A stretch of DNA of 64,000 nucleotides. Source: Candidatus Babeliales bacterium (GTDB lineage Bacteria > Babelota > Babeliae > Babelales > JANWKD01). The position numbers and the translations under genes were made by a program. The DNA is taken from the NCBI GenBank assembly GCA_963762115.1, contig CAVXJH010000003.1:96001-160000 (forward strand), in the 5' to 3' direction. A model generated the notes under the pieces. It was given only the letters and a program-made list of their open reading frames with translations, was not told where the DNA came from and made no database searches. Within the stretch, counting starts at the first letter, position 1; the number at the start of each line of letters is the position of its first letter. Shown here in pieces: positions 48,463 through 57,207 of the stretch.

Positions 48463-49374
48463 TCCCCATAAAAATTTCATGCGTACTACTGCATGATCAG
48501 AAAAATATTTTTCATCGATGTGTTGGGTATGACGAAGTAATTTTTTATAATCTTCAGGATAGAGTGAAAGTTTTTGTGGCATAAGGCGTTCACTGTTGAA
48601 AAAAATAAAATCATTCAAATTAAACCTTTTCTCACCACTTGTTGATGTTGGTTTTATGTCATAATCAGCATTGCTTTTCATGCCTTTAAAATATTGTTTT
48701 AAATGATGGTAACGCTCTTCATTAAGATCAGCTACTCCTTGCAGTACGGTATAATTAAAATCGCCACAGATGAGCCAGGTATATTTTTTTGGATAGCATT
48801 TCATTTGTGCAACTATTACTTCAAATGCTTCAGACATATCTTGCGATCGGTTGAAAGGAATATGAATATTAATAATGCCTAAATGCTTTTTTCTTTTTTT
48901 GCAGGTAACAATGGTGGTAAGCATTTTTTTGTTTGGTGTAAGGGTATAAAATTCGTATGATTCAAGCGTAAACTTTTCTTTATTAATAAGGGTTAAAATA
49001 CTATCTTTTTGTGCACAACTATCCATGACATAATAATAATTGTCAGGTGAAAAATTTTTTTTTAAACCAGACAAAAAAGAACGTGGTTGTAATGATGCAT
49101 GCTGTTCAAAATATTCTTTTTTGTTTATTGGAGAATTATTTACGATTAACTTTTCTGCTTCAAATTGTGGTCTCAGCGTGCCTGGATTATAGGGCCATTC
49201 TTGAAAGCATAGAATATCAGAGTCAAAAAATGCTGTTTGATTACGTAATGCTTTTCTAAAATATGAACAACGTTTTTTTATTGAAACTGGTTCTGAATTA
49301 ACGTATTGAATATAATAGGCTTGATATAAAACATTACAAGTTGTGACGGTGAAACTAATAAAATCTGATTTCAT
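48442..49374 (-). CDS. Endonuclease/exonuclease/phosphatase (EEP) family protein
   Basis: VTTCNV, DILCFQE, INIH, ICGDFN, NDFIF, FSDH. Confidence 0.88.
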   Translation of the reverse strand: MKSDFISFTVTTCNVLYQAYYIQYVNSEPVSIKKRCSYFRKALRNQTAFFDSDILCFQEWPYNPGTLRPQFEAEKLIVNNSPINKKEYFEQHASLQPRSFLSGLKKNFSPDNYYYVMDSCAQKDSILTLINKEKFTLESYEFYTLTPNKKMLTTIVTCKKRKKHLGIINIHIPFNRSQDMSEAFEVIVAQMKCYPKKYTWLICGDFNYTVLQGVADLNEERYHHLKQYFKGMKSNADYDIKPTSTSGEKRFNLNDFIFFNSERLMPQKLSLYPEDYKKLLRHTQHIDEKYFSDHAVVRMKFLWGSIKKIE

Positions 49375-49467
49375 TAAAGTCCCTTGTTAAAACTTTATAC
49401 GCTAAAAATTATAATTTATTGTATACTAACCATAAAATAACCATATTTTCTAGATTGTATAATAACC

Positions 49468-50076
49468 ATGAACAATATTCTTCTTTTAGCATCAAAATCA
49501 AAATCGCGGCGATTGCTTTTAGCACAAGCTGCTATTCCCTATGTTTTATTAGATCAAGAAGCTGATGAAGCGCAGTGTGATTGGGGAATGCCATTACAAA
49601 AATTAGTTGAATCGATAGCAGTGCATAAAATAGCGCAAGTGATTATGCCAAATGTCAAAGAGGGGCAAGAACTCTTTGTGCTGACTGCTGATACGTTAAC
49701 GCAAAATGCACAAGGTGCAATTCTTGGCAAACCAATTTCACGAGATCATGCCCATGAAATGATTAATTCATTGAGAGTTGGATCTGCGCGTGTTGGAACG
49801 GCATTTTGTCTTGATAAAAAGATCTATAAATTTAATGAATGGCAAATTATTGATCGTAAACTTGTTTTTGTTGAAGCAACGTGTAATTTTAAAGTTCCGG
49901 CACCTTGGATTGATCGTTATTTGGAATATTCTCATGCATTACAGTGTTCTGGTTCAATGGCAATTGATGATTATGGTGCACAATTTTTGCAGTCTCTTTC
50001 TGGTTCGTATACAACAATTCTTGGTTTGCCCATGTGTCAATTGCGAGAAAATCTAGAGATACTTGGATTCTACTAA
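49468..50076 (+). CDS. maf: Maf family nucleotide pyrophosphatase, paralog 2
   Basis: LLASKSKSRR, LTADT, ILGKP, GSYTTILGLP. Confidence 0.9.
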   Translation: MNNILLLASKSKSRRLLLAQAAIPYVLLDQEADEAQCDWGMPLQKLVESIAVHKIAQVIMPNVKEGQELFVLTADTLTQNAQGAILGKPISRDHAHEMINSLRVGSARVGTAFCLDKKIYKFNEWQIIDRKLVFVEATCNFKVPAPWIDRYLEYSHALQCSGSMAIDDYGAQFLQSLSGSYTTILGLPMCQLRENLEILGFY

Positions 50077-51128
50077 AGAAGTTCAAAATCTTTTTTGTTT
50101 TTTAGCTTAAGAATTTCTTTTTTAGTAAGAGTAATATATTTTTGTGTATTGGGAATGCCTGTTAGTCGTTCCCAATGATCGGTGTTTTCTGGATGATCAA
50201 AAAAACTACGATGATCTGTACCATCGTTGCATAATAATATGGTAGTATAAAGCCCTGAAAAAAGGCAAAAGAAACTACCACCTAGCATCATCCAGGCAGC
50301 GATACCGGTTGGCTGTGCTAGAGATATTGTTACACATCCTCCTACTCCCATGTAACAACAATTGAAAGGCACGCCATAACGAAGACATAAGCAAGACTTA
50401 AAAATTTTATTTGCCTTATCTCTTAATTTACCTTCTAGTTGATGAGAATCGTCTAGAAATAGAGTGCGAGTAGTATAATACCCTTGGATAATGGTAGCAC
50501 ATTTTTCATTATATTCTTCATCATCTAATGCCCTATTAAAATGTGCCTGTAGCCTTTCATTTAAATTTTCCGCATGTTCTTCACTATTTTCAAGATATTT
50601 TCTAAATTGTTTTTTTATATCACGTTTTAGTCCCATACCAGTTTCCCATAATGAATACTCTGGAATATCATTCCAATAAGTAACGCCCTTATTGGCATTA
50701 GAAGCCAATTTTCGCAAGGCAATACGTTCTTTAGGTGTTTTACATGAAGGCATTTTTGTTATGATGTGTACTGCATGATATAATGATATTTTGTTTTTTA
50801 ATTCACGTTGAGTTTTATTTGATAGATTAAGGTATGCTGCGGCATAGCTTAAAGGAAGAATTGTTGCTTTATCTTTGTCATCAATAAGTTTTTCAATTAT
50901 TTCTTCGTGCAATTCGATAGGTAAATTAGGAAAAAATAATAAAGGTCCTGTTGTTGATTCTTTTTTATTCTTGTGTGTGTTTAAAAATTGTTGTTTGAGT
51001 GGACTATCATCATCTAAATCTTTTGCTTCCATTGAAAAGCTATCATGAAATTGTATTAAGTTAAAAAAAAAGAAAGTGAGAGTAATTAATGATGTAGATA
51101 AGGAAAAGAAATTATTTTTCATGAGCAT
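50073..51128 (-). CDS. Exported F-box-like / two-TM protein, copy 1
   Basis: Start MLMKNNFF by comparison with the paralog; signal peptide ending SFS-ME; FPNLPIELHEEII; Cys-rich hydrophobic hairpin. Confidence 0.75.
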   Translation of the reverse strand: MLMKNNFFSLSTSLITLTFFFFNLIQFHDSFSMEAKDLDDDSPLKQQFLNTHKNKKESTTGPLLFFPNLPIELHEEIIEKLIDDKDKATILPLSYAAAYLNLSNKTQRELKNKISLYHAVHIITKMPSCKTPKERIALRKLASNANKGVTYWNDIPEYSLWETGMGLKRDIKKQFRKYLENSEEHAENLNERLQAHFNRALDDEEYNEKCATIIQGYYTTRTLFLDDSHQLEGKLRDKANKIFKSCLCLRYGVPFNCCYMGVGGCVTISLAQPTGIAAWMMLGGSFFCLFSGLYTTILLCNDGTDHRSFFDHPENTDHWERLTGIPNTQKYITLTKKEILKLKNKKDFELL

Positions 51129-51309
51129 TTCATAGTTAAGGTATTCTGAAAAAAATATTATAAAAATAAAATATTTTTTAGTATAGCAATAAAGAAAATA
51201 GCTTTCAAATTGGCAGATATAAAAATTAAAATTATTAATGATTTTTTTAATGAAACTTGATTTATTAAAAAAATTGTCGTTATTGTTTAGAATAAATATA
51301 AAAATATTA

Positions 51310-51375
51310 ACAACAATTATTGGTTTGCTAATGTGCAAATTGCGTGAAAATTTAGAAATACTTGAGTTTTACTAA
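51310..51375 (+). repeat. Orphan copy of the maf 3' end (66 bp)
   Basis: Colinear with 50011-50076; translates as TTIIGLLMCKLRENLEILEFY*. Confidence 0.85.
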
Positions 51376-52430
51376 AGAAGTTCAAAATTTTTTTCGTTTT
51401 TTAGCTTAAGAATTTCTTTTTTAGTAAGAGTAATATATTTTTGTGTATTGGGAATGTTTGTTAGTTGTTCCCAATAATCTATGTTTACGGTGGGGTTATA
51501 ACCATAAAAAAATTCTTCTACGCTAAATAGTGTTGCTGTAATTAATGATGATATAATGCAAAAACAACTACCACACATAAGCAATGTGCCAACTATACCG
51601 GCTGGACCGGTTGGGCCTACGATACAGCATGTTGTTGTGATACCTCCTATTCCCATATAGCAACAATTGAGTGGTACGCAATAACGAAGACATAAGCAAG
51701 ACTTAAAAACTTTATTTGCTTTATCTCTTAATTTACTTTCTAGTTGATGCGAATCGTTTAGAAATAGAGCGCGAGTAGTATAATATCCTTTGATAATGTT
51801 AGTACATATTTCATTATATTCTTCATCCTCTAATGCTCTATTAAAATGTGCGTGTAGCCTTTCATTTAAATTTTCAGCATGCTTTTCACTATTTTCAAGA
51901 TATTTTCTAAATTGTTTTTTTATATCACGTTTTAGTCCTATACCAGTATTCCATAATGAATATTCTGGAATATCATTCCAATAAGTAATGCATTTGTTGG
52001 CACTAGAAGCAAATTTGCGCAATGCAATGCGTTCTTCTGGTGTTTTACATAAAGGCATTTTTGTTATGATATGCACTGCATGATATAATGCTATTTTGCT
52101 TTTTATTTCACGTTGGGTTTTATTTGATACATGAAGGTACGATGCGGCATAACCTAAAGGAAGGATTGTTGCTTTATCTTTGTCTTCAATAAGCATTTCA
52201 ATTATTTCTTCGTGTAATTCGGTAGGTAAATTGTGGAAAAATAATAAAGGTCCTGTTGATTCTTTTTTATGCTTGTGTGTGTTTAGATATTGTTGTTTGA
52301 GTGGACTATCATCATCTAAATCTTTTGCTTCCATCGAAAAGCTATCATGAAATTGTATTAAGCTAAAAAAAAAGAAGGTGAGAGTAATTAATCGTGTAGA
52401 TAAAGAAAAGAAATTATTTTTCATGAGCAT
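51372..52430 (-). CDS. Exported F-box-like / two-TM protein, copy 2
   Basis: Close paralog of 50073..51128, diverging mainly in the C-terminal TM region. Confidence 0.75.
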   Translation of the reverse strand: MLMKNNFFSLSTRLITLTFFFFSLIQFHDSFSMEAKDLDDDSPLKQQYLNTHKHKKESTGPLLFFHNLPTELHEEIIEMLIEDKDKATILPLGYAASYLHVSNKTQREIKSKIALYHAVHIITKMPLCKTPEERIALRKFASSANKCITYWNDIPEYSLWNTGIGLKRDIKKQFRKYLENSEKHAENLNERLHAHFNRALEDEEYNEICTNIIKGYYTTRALFLNDSHQLESKLRDKANKVFKSCLCLRYCVPLNCCYMGIGGITTTCCIVGPTGPAGIVGTLLMCGSCFCIISSLITATLFSVEEFFYGYNPTVNIDYWEQLTNIPNTQKYITLTKKEILKLKNEKNFELL

Positions 52431-52521
52431 TTCATAGTTAAGGTATTTTGAAAAATTTATTATAAAAATAAAATATTCTTTAGTATAGCAATAAAGAAAA
52501 TAGCTTTCAAATTGTCAGATG

Positions 52522-52581
52522 ATTTTTGGGTTGCCAATGTGTCAATTGCGAGAAAATCTAGAGATACTTGGATTTTACTAA
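52522..52581 (+). repeat. Orphan copy of the maf 3' end (60 bp)
   Basis: 56/60 identical to 50017-50076. Confidence 0.9.
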
Positions 52582-52709
52582 GCAACTCATTGTTCGCTAT
52601 GAAAATATTTTTAAAACTTAAATTATTAAAAAGTGTTGAATTGAAATAATTTGGAGTGATATACTCATTATTGTAAGTCTTGGAATCTTTAAGGTAGGGG
52701 TATATTATC

Positions 52710-53060
52710 ATGAATAAAAAAAGTGTATTGATCTTATTATTTTTAACCAACTTTGCTTTAGTAAATGCTAAACATCGATATGTAGATAAAAAATCTATTT
52801 CATCAGAATCAAAAGTATATGATTGCCAATGTTATTGTTCTTATAAATGTGGTCCTCGCGATCCAGATCAACCAGGTGATGCACCGTTTATAGATCCTGA
52901 AACAGGTATTTGTTTCTGCAAAGAACGAGATAGAGAAAAATATTTTGTTCATGGTTGTGATAAATATAATAATGCAAAAGGTTTTAAAACATGCTGTGAA
53001 CCAACATATAAGAAAAGACCAAAAAGAAGTTTTGCTAGAACAAATTATTATAAAAAATAA
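52710..53060 (+). CDS. Small exported Cys-rich protein
   Basis: Signal peptide ending VNA; CQCYCSYKCGPR...CFC...C...CC. Confidence 0.75.
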   Translation: MNKKSVLILLFLTNFALVNAKHRYVDKKSISSESKVYDCQCYCSYKCGPRDPDQPGDAPFIDPETGICFCKERDREKYFVHGCDKYNNAKGFKTCCEPTYKKRPKRSFARTNYYKK

Positions 53061-53071
53061 AAGAGAAGAAA

Positions 53072-53254
53072 ATGGCTAAATATAGTAAAAAATCTCAAGA
53101 ATCCGTAGAAGAGGCAATGCATAAATATAAAAAAGGTGAATTGCATAGCGGGAAAAGTGGGCAGAAAGTAAAAAGCAGAGAACAAGCTATTGCAATTGGG
53201 CTTTCTGAAGCGCGTGAAAAAGGGGCAAAAGTTCCTCAACCGCCAAAGAAATAA
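53072..53254 (+). CDS. DUF6496-like small basic protein
   Basis: MHKYKKGELHSGKSGQKVKSREQAIAIGLSEAR.KGAKVP. Confidence 0.85.
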   Translation: MAKYSKKSQESVEEAMHKYKKGELHSGKSGQKVKSREQAIAIGLSEAREKGAKVPQPPKK

Positions 53255-53280
53255 TTATATAAAAAAAGAGTATTTTTTTT

Positions 53281-53309
53281 AAAGGGTGTTTGTTAAACAC
53301 CCTTTTTTT
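53281..53309 (+). terminator. Rho-independent terminator
   Basis: AAAGGGTGTTT-gtt-AAACACCCTTT plus T-run. Confidence 0.85.
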
Positions 53310-53421
53310 GTTGGGAAATAAGATCGATTAAACAATATATATAAATCTGGTGATTCATTGATCCGAAATATGATTCGTAGTAGTATCCTGAATAATTAAC
53401 GTTACAAAAAAAAGGGGTCGT

Positions 53422-53817
53422 ATGAAAAATATAAGAAATTTTGTAATAACATGTTCATTATTAGTATCTTCGAGTTCATTCTTTCAAGTAATTGCGATGG
53501 AAAAACCAGAGTATGATGTAAAAAAAATTGAATTATTGCTTACGCCATGGGTAAAGAGAAAAGAGCTTGCGTCGTCTTATATGAATAAAGCAATACAATC
53601 AAACACTGTTCAAGAAGTTAGCGAGCTTATCCAAGATATTAGGGTAATAACTGTTTTTGATCCTGAAGATAAGACCGTAGATCTGCAAACAGGGCCGTTT
53701 CATGATTGTATTGGCTATAACGTATTTATGAGATGGCTTGATTTGGCAAATCCTCAAGAGACAAAAAAAGTGGTTGCAGATGCAGGAAAATCTTCTCGAT
53801 GGTGTAGCTTTCAATAA
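53422..53817 (+). CDS. Exported hypothetical protein ending in a CaaX-like motif
   Basis: Signal peptide ending VIA-ME; C-terminus WCSFQ. Confidence 0.7.
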   Translation: MKNIRNFVITCSLLVSSSSFFQVIAMEKPEYDVKKIELLLTPWVKRKELASSYMNKAIQSNTVQEVSELIQDIRVITVFDPEDKTVDLQTGPFHDCIGYNVFMRWLDLANPQETKKVVADAGKSSRWCSFQ

Positions 53818-53835
53818 AGTAAATAGATTCGGTAT

Positions 53836-53874
53836 AAAAAAAAGCGCTCTAGGAAAAACTAGAGCGCTTTTTTT
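53836..53874. terminator. Bidirectional terminator
   Basis: A-run-GCGCTCTAG-gaaaaa-CTAGAGCGC-T-run between convergent genes. Confidence 0.88.
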
Positions 53875-53878
53875 GTTG

Positions 53879-54349
53879 TTAATTCATTAAACTTTTTTTA
53901 TCAGGTTTCCATTGCTTTAAAATTTCTTTTAAAAGCGCATCTTGAAGCTTTTCATTGGAAGTGTGATCTAACTTTGAACTTGCTTTTATCAAGCTTGATT
54001 CAACGGTTTCATTTTTGCAAATAGTTGAATCAATGTGATTCAATGCAGGTATCATATTTCGTTCTAAACTCTTTTTTACGCCTTGTTCGTTTGTTGTTTC
54101 AATTAAGAGAATATCTAAAAGGCTTAAAAAATCTGCAATACTATTTTGAATGTGAGCATCTGAAGATTGTAATTCGATGGTATCATTTGTTTTATGAGTA
54201 ATCGAATCACGAAATCCTTGCCGCACAGCTCGTGCAACAATTTTCTTTAATGACTCAGATTCATGGTCAACAAGCCATTGCAGTAAATAGAGAAGTTCAT
54301 AGGAGAGCACAAATTGTCCATTGTTATTATTATTGAATGATTGAGTCAT
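53879..54349 (-). CDS. Conserved-looking hypothetical protein in the hspR-htpX operon
   Basis: AAGGGGA RBS; closely spaced downstream of htpX. Confidence 0.7.
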   Translation of the reverse strand: MTQSFNNNNNGQFVLSYELLYLLQWLVDHESESLKKIVARAVRQGFRDSITHKTNDTIELQSSDAHIQNSIADFLSLLDILLIETTNEQGVKKSLERNMIPALNHIDSTICKNETVESSLIKASSKLDHTSNEKLQDALLKEILKQWKPDKKSLMN

Positions 54350-54363
54350 GGCAAATCCCCTTA

Positions 54364-55260
54364 TTAATGTTTGTTTAACATTTTTCGTAATCTATCAACA
54401 CGTTGTTGTACTGGCGGGTGTGTTGAAAACAATGAACTCCAACTTACTTTGGTAAATGGATTTACAATAAATAAAGAAGCTGTCGCTGTTTTTGTTGCGT
54501 CTTGTTGTTGATTATTAAAATTATTTTGTTGAACTCCTGCATGTAGTTTTTCTAAAGCTGATGCCAAAGCAAGAGGCTCTCGAGAATAATAGGCACCTGT
54601 TTCATCTGCCATAAATTCTCGTGAACGAGAAATAGCAAATTGAATCAATGCCGCAGCAATAGGCATAAGAACCGCTATGATTATCATAACAAGAGGATTG
54701 TTACCTTTTTTATCAGAACGAGATCCTTGGAGTGTTCCCCAGAATGCAGCATGTTGCATCATGTTGGCAATATAGCCAATTGCCGTTGCTAATGTTGCAG
54801 CGATGGTACCAATTAAAACATCCCGGTTTTTAATATGGGAAAGTTCATGAGAAAGTACGCCACGCAATTCGTCTTCGTTTAAGATAGCAAGAATTCCTGT
54901 TGTTACGGCAATTGAAGCGTGACTTGGATTTCTTCCTGTTGCAAAAGCATTAGGCACTTCAGTTGTTACAAGCCATAATTTAGGCATCGGTATATTCATT
55001 GTTGTTGTTAATTCTTGGACCATCGCATAAATATCTTTAAAACGATGAGTATCAAGTGGTTGTGCTTTATACATTTTTAATACTATTTTTTCTGAGAAAA
55101 AATAGGTGATAAAGTTCATTATAAGAGAAATGATAAGTGCAATTTTGAGTCCACTTGAACCCCCTAAAAATCCTCCAAGAGCAAGGAGAATCCCGCTTAA
55201 TGCTGCAAGAAGCACAGCGGTTTTTATCGTATTTATTATCATTATAATTCCTCCAGGCAT
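54364..55260 (-). CDS. htpX: Zinc metalloprotease HtpX (M48)
   Basis: PNAFATGRNP, HELSH, AISRSREFMADE, LFSTHP; likely start 55242. Confidence 0.95.
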   Translation of the reverse strand: MPGGIIMIINTIKTAVLLAALSGILLALGGFLGGSSGLKIALIISLIMNFITYFFSEKIVLKMYKAQPLDTHRFKDIYAMVQELTTTMNIPMPKLWLVTTEVPNAFATGRNPSHASIAVTTGILAILNEDELRGVLSHELSHIKNRDVLIGTIAATLATAIGYIANMMQHAAFWGTLQGSRSDKKGNNPLVMIIIAVLMPIAAALIQFAISRSREFMADETGAYYSREPLALASALEKLHAGVQQNNFNNQQQDATKTATASLFIVNPFTKVSWSSLFSTHPPVQQRVDRLRKMLNKH

Positions 55261-55263
55261 TGT

Positions 55264-55758
55264 TTATTCATCATAATCTATTTTCCATTGAACGAGGTCA
55301 ACAGTTTCTTCATGCTGAGGTTTAGACTCTCGATGAGTATCATGCATTTTTTGCAAAAGAGGAGCATGTTTCATGTTCATGAGTTTTTTTGCATTTTCTT
55401 GAGCATTTGTTTTACAGGTAATGACTTCTTTGACCAAAGCATCATTAACATCATCAAATGCCATATTCATCTGTTTTTGCAGCTTTTGTACTTTTTTTTG
55501 TAATTTTAATATCATCTCAACTCCAGCCAGGTTTATACCAAGTTGATGGGTCAAATAAATAATTTCCTCAAGCTTATTAACATCCTCTTCAGAAAATAGG
55601 CGGGTATTGCCATCTGACCTTTTGGGTGCAATAAGACCTTCTTTTTCATATAATCGAATGGTTTGCTGGTGAACTGAAAACATTTCAGCAACAGCTGATA
55701 TTGAAAAATACCCTTTTTTTCTTTTCATAGTTATTATTCCTATAATGAACCAGTACAC
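55264..55758 (-). CDS. hspR: MerR-family heat-shock repressor HspR
   Basis: SISAVAEMFSVHQQTIRLYEKEGLIAPKRSDGNTRLFS...LGINLAGV; likely start 55728. Confidence 0.85.
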   Translation of the reverse strand: MYWFIIGIITMKRKKGYFSISAVAEMFSVHQQTIRLYEKEGLIAPKRSDGNTRLFSEEDVNKLEEIIYLTHQLGINLAGVEMILKLQKKVQKLQKQMNMAFDDVNDALVKEVITCKTNAQENAKKLMNMKHAPLLQKMHDTHRESKPQHEETVDLVQWKIDYDE

Positions 55759-55970
55759 ACATGTATTGTAGTATGTACATAATTCTAACCTATTTTACCA
55801 CATTTTTTTTAAGAAAGCATTTCATTTGTGTGTAAAGAATATTTAAAAACAACTCGAGTGATAATTCAGATTGAAAATTTGTTTAAATAAAGGCTTATTC
55901 TCTTGTTTTTGTATGATTCTTTATGATACGTATTTTATAGATCTTCTTTTGAAAAATAGGGAATAAAAAT

Positions 55971-57185
55971 ATGAGAATAAAAAGCATTAAAATATGGTTG
56001 ATGAGTTTTCTGATTTGTTTGGTTTTTTCTGGGCAGGGTATGCACCAGCCGGGAACCTTGCGTAATAACCTTGAGCAGCTTATCAGGAGTCTGAACGCAT
56101 TGGAAATTATGCTTAAAAAAGGAAAGAAGCCTGAAAAGAGGGAATTAAGTTTATCAAAATTTGATCAAGAAGCTTTGGAAATATTATTAGCCGAAGCGCA
56201 AAGAAGGGGTATTCCCTTTAATGAATATGTTATGAATGTACTATTGAAAACAGGTGAAGAACAGCCTCCCAGGGAAGGAGTACCCACCCAAATTCCTTTT
56301 GGTCCTGGTGCTCCACCACCGCCACCTCCACCTGCACCGCCAGTTGAGGTGATTAAGGTTAAACCGCTTACAATCACTCCGGGCAAGGGGAAAAAAGAAA
56401 AACCTCAACAGCAGCCGGGTTTATCAATATCGTCTGAAGATATTGGTGTAGCACGTAGGGGGCTTAGGAGCGTAGTGAAACACACTGCGCAAGCAGAAGC
56501 GAAATCAGATGAACAATTTTTAAATGCATTTCGCTCGGCAAATACTATTGATGAAATTATTGCAAAGTTACAATTGTTAGCAGATGATCCTTTGTATTTA
56601 AAGAAAGAATCTTTAAAAGAAGCATCAAAAATACCTTTGCCTAAGAGTGGTTCTTTACCCGCTGGTTATCAAGTAAAAAAAATTATGATTCCTGATCTTT
56701 TAAATAAAAAAAATAGATTAGTATTGCTTAATATTAATCCTGAAGCTGATTATTTAAATGATTATATGTTTAATACTGCATTGTTTACTGACGAGGATTA
56801 TAATCATTTAGAAGAATTAATAAAAATAGAAATAGAGAGCAAGAAAGCATTAGAAGCTGAAAAAGAGTTGGAAAGGGAAAAGGAGTATAAGCCCTGGCAA
56901 GAGACTTTACAACAAGTTATTGTTAACGCAGGTGATTTAAACCACGTAATAAAATTTATAAGGGCTTTTCCTCGTCAATCAAAATTTCTTCCTAATATTA
57001 TTATAAAAGAAGATAAAGGTGGTACTTTTTATGTTGCAATTGGATCAGATGATCTTAGATCTCTAAATACGGCCAAAGAAAAACTAAATGAAAGTCCAGA
57101 AGCCTTTGTGCAAGAATTGAAGAAACATGTTTCTCAAGATGAACAAAATAAACTTGATCAATTATTGAAAGCATTGAAGGAGTAA
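55971..57185 (+). CDS. Exported poly-proline protein with WH2-like motif
   Basis: Signal peptide ending GQG-MH; GAPPPPPPPAPP; ISSEDIGVARRGLRSV. Confidence 0.7.
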   Translation: MRIKSIKIWLMSFLICLVFSGQGMHQPGTLRNNLEQLIRSLNALEIMLKKGKKPEKRELSLSKFDQEALEILLAEAQRRGIPFNEYVMNVLLKTGEEQPPREGVPTQIPFGPGAPPPPPPPAPPVEVIKVKPLTITPGKGKKEKPQQQPGLSISSEDIGVARRGLRSVVKHTAQAEAKSDEQFLNAFRSANTIDEIIAKLQLLADDPLYLKKESLKEASKIPLPKSGSLPAGYQVKKIMIPDLLNKKNRLVLLNINPEADYLNDYMFNTALFTDEDYNHLEELIKIEIESKKALEAEKELEREKEYKPWQETLQQVIVNAGDLNHVIKFIRAFPRQSKFLPNIIIKEDKGGTFYVAIGSDDLRSLNTAKEKLNESPEAFVQELKKHVSQDEQNKLDQLLKALKE

Positions 57186-57207
57186 TGTTTAATAATTGTA
57201 GGTAATT

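Noticed and set aside
51129..51338. 70-aa N-terminal extension of ORF 50073..51338
   Set aside because: AT-rich intergenic read-through; the paralog starts at MLMKNNFF, which restores a signal peptide
52460..52750. 96-aa minus-strand ORF (and 49889..50086)
   Set aside because: The shared IQVSLDFLAIDT peptide is just the antisense of the repeated maf 3' end
55853..55873. HAIR operator upstream of hspR
   Set aside because: CTCGAGT resembles one half-site, but no matching ACTCAAG half follows at 7 bp spacing
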